Virus record (IMG/VR): IMGVR_UViG_3300046004_001116 | Coordinates: 1 to 64,000 of that record | Strand: one strand, 5' to 3' | Length of the DNA stretch: 64,000 nucleotides | Source: a virus | Part shown: positions 56,943-64,000 of the stretch, piece by piece | Layout: each line of letters opens with the position of its first letter | How positions within the stretch are numbered: the stretch's first letter is position 1 | Notes under the pieces: generated by a model | The model's database searches: none | Seen by the model: the letters and a program-made list of their open reading frames with translations, nothing else | Told to the model about the DNA's origin: nothing | Translations under genes and position numbers: made by a program

Positions 56943-57512
56943 ATGAAACTATTAATCATAGAAGGCACAGATCGTTGTGGCAAAGATACTCTTATAGAAT
57001 CTATAGCTCGCGAATATAAGCATGTCATCAAACGTCATTGGGGCTATCCTTTAGGTGAAACCAATGAAGATAAAACAGCGTATCAAAAAGATTCTTTTAA
57101 CTGGGAATTTAAGTTGCACAACATCTTACAAACTGCAAGTAATGAAGTTGATAAAAACTCCATCATAATTTGGAATCGTTCTCACATTGGAGAATTGGTT
57201 TACGGAACTATTTACAGAGATAGCCAGCCTGAAACGTGGGTAATGGATCTTGAAAGAAAATACTGTTTTGATCAAGCTGATAACATTTACTTGGTTTATT
57301 TACACGCAGATCCAGAGTTTGTTGTAAAACAAGATGATGGCAAATCATATTCAGCAAATCTTAAAGATAAACAGACTGAACTATCAAAATTCAATAGTGC
57401 TTGTAACCGATCTACTATCCGTAAAAAACTTTTTGTAAAAGTAAATGAAAACGGAGAATATAAAAGTCAACAAGATATCCTTAACTCAGTATTTACATTT
57501 ATTAACGACTAA
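56943..57512 (+). CDS. dNMP (thymidylate-like) kinase
   Basis: IEGTDRCGKDT P-loop; NRSHIGELVYG. Confidence 0.8.
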   Translation: MKLLIIEGTDRCGKDTLIESIAREYKHVIKRHWGYPLGETNEDKTAYQKDSFNWEFKLHNILQTASNEVDKNSIIIWNRSHIGELVYGTIYRDSQPETWVMDLERKYCFDQADNIYLVYLHADPEFVVKQDDGKSYSANLKDKQTELSKFNSACNRSTIRKKLFVKVNENGEYKSQQDILNSVFTFIND

Positions 57513-57514
57513 AC

Positions 57515-58363
57515 ATGCAGCATTCTTTAAATTCAGAATTTCACAAACTAATTAACAAGATAGAAAATCAAGGTTTCTTATCACAGCCTAGAGGATTAAA
57601 AGTTAAAGAATTAGAAATGGAAAGGTTAACGATTAACCCAACCATGCCTTTAGCTGATTTTGATGCTCGTCCTTTTAACTGGAAGTATTTCATGGGTGAG
57701 ATGGCTTGGTATTTAAAACAAGATAGAAATGTTGATTACATTAATAACTTTTCATCTTTTTGGAAAAACATTGCTGATGAAGAAGGCAACATACATTCAA
57801 ACTACGGGCATTTACTTTTTGGAAAACAAATTCAATGGGCACTTGACTCATTAAAGAAAGACATTAACACAAGACAAGGAATTGCTTTTATCAGTAACCC
57901 AGGCGTGCAATATCCTGGTAATAAAGATTTTGTTTGCACAATTTATCTTAACTTTTGGGTAAGAAACAATAAGTTAAATATGAAAGTTCAGATGCGCTCA
58001 AATGATATCTTTTACGGATTAACTTTTGATGCACCATTCTTTGCGTTTGTGCAACAAACAATGCATCAGTGGTTATTAGAATCGTATCCTGACTTAACAT
58101 TAGGTACTTATTATCATTGTGCAGATAACATTCACTTTTATGAAAGACACTTTGAGCTTGCTCAAGAAATCATAAAAGAACCAATTAAAAATCCAAACTT
58201 CTTTTTACTTAAAACTCCGTTATTTGTTATGAAAGATAACATTATGGTATTAACTGTAGCAGGTATTAAGTTCTTAAATGAAGTTGAAGAACTAATTCAA
58301 AACAAACCTATAACACAAGAACAATCTAAAGCTGTTCTAAACAATTATTTTTACATTCAATAA
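57515..58363 (+). CDS. dCMP hydroxymethylase-like thymidylate synthase homologue
   Basis: DFVCT catalytic Cys; MRSNDIFYGLTFD with Asp at the Asn177 specificity position; HFYERH. Confidence 0.8.
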   Translation: MQHSLNSEFHKLINKIENQGFLSQPRGLKVKELEMERLTINPTMPLADFDARPFNWKYFMGEMAWYLKQDRNVDYINNFSSFWKNIADEEGNIHSNYGHLLFGKQIQWALDSLKKDINTRQGIAFISNPGVQYPGNKDFVCTIYLNFWVRNNKLNMKVQMRSNDIFYGLTFDAPFFAFVQQTMHQWLLESYPDLTLGTYYHCADNIHFYERHFELAQEIIKEPIKNPNFFLLKTPLFVMKDNIMVLTVAGIKFLNEVEELIQNKPITQEQSKAVLNNYFYIQ

Positions 58364-58375
58364 ACACAATCAATC

Positions 58376-58810
58376 ATGGAAGAAATTATCGACAAGAGAA
58401 TTAAAATAGCAAGAACAAGAACTGGTGTACCATGTCTTTGGGAAAGCACAATGAAATTTGCTGACTTAAGAAGAGCTACTGCAATTCTTGATAAAAATGG
58501 AAAATCAAAAGCAGCTGTATTTTTAAACGCTGATAAAGAAAAGCAAGCCTTAGTGCCTATTCAACAAAATGACTACATAGCAAAAGCATTTGAAGATAAA
58601 CACGGAGTTGCTTTATCAGTATTTAAAGTTACTGAAATTTCATCAATGGAAAACACGGCAACAATAGTTCCGGTGTACCGCAAATCATCTTTAATTGCTG
58701 AGTATGAAGTTCCTACTGAATATAAGCATATGATAGAATCTGTTATTAGTAAATTAGGAAACACAAAACACGTAGTTTCTTATATGTCAGAATTTGAAAC
58801 TGCTAAATAA
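58376..58810 (+). CDS. Hypothetical protein
   Basis: ORF. Confidence 0.65.
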   Translation: MEEIIDKRIKIARTRTGVPCLWESTMKFADLRRATAILDKNGKSKAAVFLNADKEKQALVPIQQNDYIAKAFEDKHGVALSVFKVTEISSMENTATIVPVYRKSSLIAEYEVPTEYKHMIESVISKLGNTKHVVSYMSEFETAK

Positions 58811-58812
58811 GT

Positions 58813-58868
58813 TGTTAAAAACTTTAAGGTAAAACTATTGCTTATTCAGATTATTTAGATTAAATTTA
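58813..58868 (+). promoter_or_regulatory. Early-type promoter
   Basis: TGTTAA 58813, ATTG 58837, TAAATTTA 58861. Confidence 0.55.
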
Positions 58869-58884
58869 TACAAATAATAAAACT

Positions 58885-59247
58885 ATGACACAATACTTAA
58901 TCTATGTAAGAGGTGAAAAGGTGGAAAGCCTTTCTTCTTGGTTTAGACATCAATTTGGTCCTCATTCAAAATTACTTAGGTTAAACAAATCTGATGTTGC
59001 TTTTGACGTAGAGGCTAGAAAATCAGGCTTTGTCTCTATGATGATAGGACATGAAGAATTTACTAGACTGCAAGATTTTCTCGATGACCCTGAAAATATA
59101 AAGAAACCTATTAATAGAGAAGCTGTGTTAGTAGAATACTTAACAAGAATGGGTGATTCTCCTAGAAATAGATTTTCACCCGCTGCACAAAGTGTTGAAG
59201 ACATCATTACCATAGTTGCTGATATAATTGAAGAAAAATACTTTTAA
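58885..59247 (+). CDS. Hypothetical protein
   Basis: ORF. Confidence 0.6.
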   Translation: MTQYLIYVRGEKVESLSSWFRHQFGPHSKLLRLNKSDVAFDVEARKSGFVSMMIGHEEFTRLQDFLDDPENIKKPINREAVLVEYLTRMGDSPRNRFSPAAQSVEDIITIVADIIEEKYF

Positions 59248-59249
59248 TC

Positions 59250-59693
59250 ATGAGTTACAAATTATACCTTGACGATATCCGAATGCCACATGTAAGTGCA
59301 AAGAAATTTCCTTACTTGGCTGAACTATACAATGATCCGACTTGGATTATAGTTAGAAGTTACGATGAATTTACAAGTCAAATTAAAAATAGTTGGGAAA
59401 CTACAAAAGAAGCACCAAGTATTATATCTTTTGACCATGATCTTGGCCCAGAACATACAAAATACTTTTTTGATAATGGTGGGCGAGAAAACCCACCTAA
59501 TCCAGACGATGCTACTTTTACTGAAAAGACAGGAAAAGACTGCGCAAATTGGTTAGTTGATTTTTGTGAGACCAAAGGAATGCCGTTACCCGATTTTTAT
59601 ATTCATAGCGCAAATCCTGTAGGTGGTAAAAACATTGAGTCATTATTAACACAATACAAAAAATTCTTAAGACAAGTCAATGAGCTGGAATAA
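59250..59693 (+). CDS. Cyclic-phosphate-processing receiver-domain protein
   Basis: YLDDIR, SFDHDLG, TGKDCANWL, HSANPVG. Confidence 0.8.
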   Translation: MSYKLYLDDIRMPHVSAKKFPYLAELYNDPTWIIVRSYDEFTSQIKNSWETTKEAPSIISFDHDLGPEHTKYFFDNGGRENPPNPDDATFTEKTGKDCANWLVDFCETKGMPLPDFYIHSANPVGGKNIESLLTQYKKFLRQVNELE

Positions 59694-59946
59694 ATATGAT
59701 GAAGAAGAAGAAAAAATGTATCTTGAAGATGCAAAAGTTCTACACCGTATGACTAGACCAAGAAGTCCACTTATACGTGAATACATACAAGATCCTAAAG
59801 ACCACGAACTTATTCACGTTATCATCAAAAGACGTGTAGGTAATGTATGGACAAATTCTTCAATGATTGTTGATACACATTTATGTACTTGGCTAAACCA
59901 TGATTTATCACAAGGCTGGATTGATGAACTAGCCGTACCAAAATAA
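59680..59946 (+). CDS. Hypothetical protein
   Basis: ORF. Confidence 0.55.
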   Translation: MSWNKYDEEEEKMYLEDAKVLHRMTRPRSPLIREYIQDPKDHELIHVIIKRRVGNVWTNSSMIVDTHLCTWLNHDLSQGWIDELAVPK

Positions 59947-59952
59947 TTAACT

Positions 59953-60651
59953 ATGATATACTTTACATCAGATTCCCATTATAACCACAAGAATATTGTA
60001 AGTGGTGTTACCCGTTGGGAAGACAAAAGCGGATGTCGTGATTTCGCAACAAAAGAAGAAATGGACGAGGCAATTATTGCTAACATAAACAAAGTTGTCA
60101 AAACTGACGATACACTGTTTCATTTAGGTGATGTTGCTTTTCAAGGTCCTGACAAAGTAAAAGAATTTAGAGCTAGAATAAAATGTAAGACTGTTCATTT
60201 AATCTTGGGTAATCATGATGTGGATATTCATACATTAAAAGAACTACAAGAATTATTCACTACTGTTGATTTCTATCGTGAGATTAACATTAACGGACAA
60301 AAGATTATTCTTTGTCATTATCCGCTAAGAACTTGGAATAAATGGCACCACGGAAGTTGGATGTTACACGGACACTGTCACGGTAAACTTCAACACCAAA
60401 TTCCTGCAAGTTTACTTAAACGTTTACTTGAAGAAAAAGAAATGGATGTTCTATGGGCTCTTGCTAATAATGAAGATGTTGAAGGCTACTGTCCTAACGG
60501 TAGATCTCTTGATGTTGGACTTGATACACACCCGCAATTCCGTCCGTATAGCATGTCTGAATTACATGATATTATGGCAAAGAAAACCTTTACTGCTACT
60601 GATGCACATAATGAAGATTCCGCAAGGAAAACTAATATGGGAGCAAGATAA
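59953..60651 (+). CDS. Metallophosphoesterase
   Basis: FTSDSH, HLGD, GNHD, CHYP, HGHCH, DVGLD. Confidence 0.88.
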   Translation: MIYFTSDSHYNHKNIVSGVTRWEDKSGCRDFATKEEMDEAIIANINKVVKTDDTLFHLGDVAFQGPDKVKEFRARIKCKTVHLILGNHDVDIHTLKELQELFTTVDFYREININGQKIILCHYPLRTWNKWHHGSWMLHGHCHGKLQHQIPASLLKRLLEEKEMDVLWALANNEDVEGYCPNGRSLDVGLDTHPQFRPYSMSELHDIMAKKTFTATDAHNEDSARKTNMGAR

Positions 60652-60671
60652 ATACTAAAAATCTAGTTACG

Positions 60672-61727
60672 ATGCTATCATATACAGAATGGATATTAAA
60701 TGAAGGAGGATGGTCTTCTATTAAAACTCAAGGAATAAAAATCACACCAGCAATACTAAAAGTTGCTGATGATTATGTTAAGCAATTATTTGCTGACTTT
60801 GAGAAATGGATGTCTAAGACTTATCCTGATACATTACCTTTAAAAGGAATCCGTCCTGTAGGCTCAGGAATCTATTACGAAGAAGATTTAAAGAATGAAC
60901 CGGAGAAAATATACGGAGATATAGATTATCTTGTAGAATATCCTGTCTATGGTGATTCTTCAGATCCTCGTAAAACTGAAACTGACGCTATTCGTTTTTA
61001 CAATAAAGCAATGTTTCAATTCTTCAATGAAACAAAATACAAAGGTGTAGATTTAAAAGATTCTCGAGGTGCAGACGGTACCGGAGCAGTTCTTATTGCT
61101 GAAGTACAACCCAATGTATACATTCAAGTAGATTTTGTCTCTACACACGCAAAATATGTAGAATGGGCGCTTGACCGTTTTACACCTATTCACAATATTA
61201 AAGGATTCGTCTCAGGAAACCTTTACTCTTCACTTGCTGATGCACTTTCTATTTCTATGGGAGATAGAGGTGCACGAGCAAAACTTCAAGCAGGAGCACT
61301 TGTTCCGTTTCGTATGAGAAAAGATGTTGAAGAACTTGCAATCTCTATGAATTTCAAAACGCTTTTCACAGACATTGTCAGTTTCTTCATGTCTTTAAAA
61401 GATAACACTACATCACCAGAATTTCAGCAGTCAGATATTGCAGGTATTGATTCTAAGAATCTTACATTAGCAGGAATTGCTAAAGGAATCTCTTCACTTG
61501 CAGATGTTCTTGAAAGAAACGGTATTCTTGATGGAAAAACTGTTCAGTTTAAAAATGCAGCAGATATGAAAAGAGCCGTTGCACAAAATTACTCTGCTAA
61601 GATGGCTGAATTACGTGGAGATTCTAAATTTAACAAAGCCGCTGACCCAATGGCAATAGCCACACGAGATAAGATATTTAAAGTTTCTAAAGATTCAGAG
61701 GATGAAGTTGCCTCTATCTTAAAATAA
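60672..61727 (+). CDS. Putative nucleotidyltransferase-fold head protein
   Basis: VGSG...GDIDYLV...IQVDFV; N-terminus SYTEWILNEGG. Confidence 0.6.
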   Translation: MLSYTEWILNEGGWSSIKTQGIKITPAILKVADDYVKQLFADFEKWMSKTYPDTLPLKGIRPVGSGIYYEEDLKNEPEKIYGDIDYLVEYPVYGDSSDPRKTETDAIRFYNKAMFQFFNETKYKGVDLKDSRGADGTGAVLIAEVQPNVYIQVDFVSTHAKYVEWALDRFTPIHNIKGFVSGNLYSSLADALSISMGDRGARAKLQAGALVPFRMRKDVEELAISMNFKTLFTDIVSFFMSLKDNTTSPEFQQSDIAGIDSKNLTLAGIAKGISSLADVLERNGILDGKTVQFKNAADMKRAVAQNYSAKMAELRGDSKFNKAADPMAIATRDKIFKVSKDSEDEVASILK

Positions 61728-61796
61728 GAACTATTGTATTACTTGTGAATATATAATCTATAACCATGTGATCTTTAATCACGCAAAACTACATTT

Positions 61797-62123
61797 ATGT
61801 TAAAAAGAATTTGGAACTTCTTCTTTGGAAGAAAAGAGGTCCCTACTATTGCCGTTGAAATAAACACAATAGAAGTTACTGAAGCTAAAACAGTAAAACC
61901 TTTAAAAGACGTTCACTTCCCAGTTACTGCATTAGCGGAAACTTTAGCTCCTGCTGAAGTGAAAAAAGCTCGTAAACCGAGAAAACCAAAACCAGCTGTT
62001 GCTAAAGAAGAAGTTGTTACTGACTCTGCTGATGCTCCAGTAAAAAAGAAACGCAGATACTACAAACCGCGTAAAAAGAAAACTGACGATGGCTCAGCTA
62101 AACCTACAGAAAAGAGCCTTTAA
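61797..62123 (+). CDS. Lys/Arg/Pro-rich basic protein
   Basis: KKARKPRKPK, KKKRRYYKPRKKK. Confidence 0.65.
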   Translation: MLKRIWNFFFGRKEVPTIAVEINTIEVTEAKTVKPLKDVHFPVTALAETLAPAEVKKARKPRKPKPAVAKEEVVTDSADAPVKKKRRYYKPRKKKTDDGSAKPTEKSL

Positions 62124-62166
62124 TCCGGCTCTTTTCAATGTAAGAAATCAATTGTAAATATATTAT

Positions 62167-63318
62167 ATGAAAAAAGACAAATCTCCTACTATATGTCTTA
62201 ACATGATCGTCAAGAATGAATCTCGAATCATGAAAAGATGTTTGGAATCTGTACTACCTTTTATAGATACATGGTGTATTGTTGACACAGGTTCTACTGA
62301 TGGCACACAAGATATCATAAAAGAAATCTTAAAAGATAAACCTGGAATACTTCATGAAAAACCTTGGGTTAACTTTGGCCACAACCGTAATGAAGCATTA
62401 GCACTCGCAAGATCATGGGGTGATTTTACTTTATTAACTGATGCTGACATGGTATTAGTTGATAAAGGATTTAAGAAAGACAAACTTGATATTAACATCG
62501 ATGTTTATGATATTGCTCAAGATAACTTAGGAACATATTATCATAACATGCGAGTTCTTAATAATAAAAAGACTTGGAGATGTATTGGCGTAACACATGA
62601 ATATTATGACTGTGTTGAAGGTGTTCAATCAAGAGCGGTTCTTGATACATTGTTTTTTGATGATGTATCTGACGGCGGATCTAAAGGTGATAAGTTTCCT
62701 CGTGATATTGCTTTACTAGAGCAAGGACTTATTGACGAACCTGAGAATGGCCGTTATATGTTTTATCTTGCTCAATCCTACCGAGATTTTGGCAATCTTG
62801 ACAAAGCTATTGAATGGTACACAAAACGTGTTGAGTTTGGTGGATGGGAAGAAGAGCAATGGTTTGCGCAGTATATGATAGGTTGGTGCATGATACAAAA
62901 AGACTTACCATTTGATGAAGTATATCCAGTGACAATGAAAGCTTGGATGATGAGACCTTGGAGATCTGAACCAATTTCAGTGTTAGCAGCGCATGCTAAA
63001 AAATTAGGAATGTGGCAACACGCGTATCAATTATCAAAAATATGTGCTACTACACCTTGGCCTGCTAATGATGTTCTATTTATAGTAAAATCTATTTATG
63101 GACCGTTTAGTGTTGATGAATTTGCAGTTGCTGCATTTTGGGCTGGCCAGTATGCTGAAGCAGAACAAGCCAATCTTTCATTGCTAAATAACCCAGAACT
63201 TGATAAACATCAAATACCAAGAATTAAGAAAAATCTTTGGTTCTCACGAAAAAACTTAGGTGTATACAACGAAGAATCTTTAAATAATTACTTCGAAGAA
63301 AAACGAAAAACAATATGA
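62167..63318 (+). CDS. GT2 glycosyltransferase with TPR repeats
   Basis: LNMIVKNE, VDTGSTDGT, DAD, THE, FYLAQSY. Confidence 0.88.
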   Translation: MKKDKSPTICLNMIVKNESRIMKRCLESVLPFIDTWCIVDTGSTDGTQDIIKEILKDKPGILHEKPWVNFGHNRNEALALARSWGDFTLLTDADMVLVDKGFKKDKLDINIDVYDIAQDNLGTYYHNMRVLNNKKTWRCIGVTHEYYDCVEGVQSRAVLDTLFFDDVSDGGSKGDKFPRDIALLEQGLIDEPENGRYMFYLAQSYRDFGNLDKAIEWYTKRVEFGGWEEEQWFAQYMIGWCMIQKDLPFDEVYPVTMKAWMMRPWRSEPISVLAAHAKKLGMWQHAYQLSKICATTPWPANDVLFIVKSIYGPFSVDEFAVAAFWAGQYAEAEQANLSLLNNPELDKHQIPRIKKNLWFSRKNLGVYNEESLNNYFEEKRKTI

Positions 63319-64000
63319 ACATAGGAATACTCGCATCTGTCTATGGATATGGTCCTGAACAGATTAAACCTTGGGTTGAAAGTTTAAAAGCAACAAAATT
63401 TGGTGGTAAAGTTTTTGTGGTAGTTTACAACCCACAAGATTCTATTTTATTAGATTACCTAAAAGAAAACGGAATCTTTACTTTTACTAGTGAATTAAAC
63501 GGTGATACCAACATGGCTACTCAAAGATTTTTGGAATATTCAGAAATCTTAAAATCTGAATACACAAGTGATGTTGATGCATTTATCGCAACAGACATAC
63601 GTGATGTAATCTTTCAGTCAGACCCAGGTGTTTGGTTAAAAAATAACATTCAAGATTATGATTTAGTTGCAACATCAGAAGGTGTTACATTTAGACACGA
63701 AGATTGGAATGGGGATAACTTAGAATTACATTTAGGTAAGAACTTGTTCCTAAAACTTGCAGACAAAGAAACTTTATGTTCTGGAATCATTGCAGGCAAA
63801 AAGGAAATGTTAATTAAATTGTTTCAAACAGTTTATGAATTAGCATTCTTTTCAGCTGACCCAGGTGCTTTTGTTGACCAAATCTTTTACGCTGCCGCAA
63901 TATACGAAGTATTTGCTGAAAGAACAAAAATAGTTCCTGCTAGTGATAACTGGTGCGCAAACTTAGGAACAATTAAAGCAATTCCTGAAAGTTCACAAGA
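63315..64000 (+). CDS. GT-A fold glycosyltransferase-like protein (truncated)
   Basis: TDIRDVIFQSDP, CSGIIAG, DQ motifs; runs off the window. Confidence 0.7.
   Translation, partial: MNIGILASVYGYGPEQIKPWVESLKATKFGGKVFVVVYNPQDSILLDYLKENGIFTFTSELNGDTNMATQRFLEYSEILKSEYTSDVDAFIATDIRDVIFQSDPGVWLKNNIQDYDLVATSEGVTFRHEDWNGDNLELHLGKNLFLKLADKETLCSGIIAGKKEMLIKLFQTVYELAFFSADPGAFVDQIFYAAAIYEVFAERTKIVPASDNWCANLGTIKAIPESSQ

Noticed and set aside
57515-58363. Ordinary thymidylate synthase (thyA)
   Set aside because: Asp replaces the dUMP-specifying Asn and the context is a modification cluster.

Overview
A 64-kb segment of an AT-rich, T4-like jumbo phage, almost certainly infecting Bacteroidota (TTTG-N20-TAnnTTT[G/A] promoters, A-rich translation starts). 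Every credible gene is on the + strand. It carries head genes (protease-scaffold, gp23-like capsid, a capsid paralogue) and a five-gene phosphonate operon (pepM, ppd, methyltransferase, cytidylyltransferase, AEP transaminase) directly upstream of them. It also has a cytosine-hypermodification/glycosylation cluster and a very large RNA toolkit: tmRNA, 33 canonical tRNAs, several atypical tRNA-like genes, a ~195-nt minimal RNase P RNA, Ro60 with five Y-RNA-like genes, and about a dozen unexplained structured RNAs. The most striking observation is that the tRNA genes form two operons splitting the 20 amino acids exactly 10/10. Each operon is preceded by a leader peptide built almost only from that operon's ten amino acids and by an identical terminator whose antiterminator heptamer lies inside the leader ORF. 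This looks like a ribosome-stalling attenuator that switches on phage tRNAs when the matching tRNAs are depleted. A Pth2-like gene missed by the ORF track starts ATG-AAG-TAG and would need amber readthrough. All assignments come from reading motifs by eye; no searches or folding programs were run.
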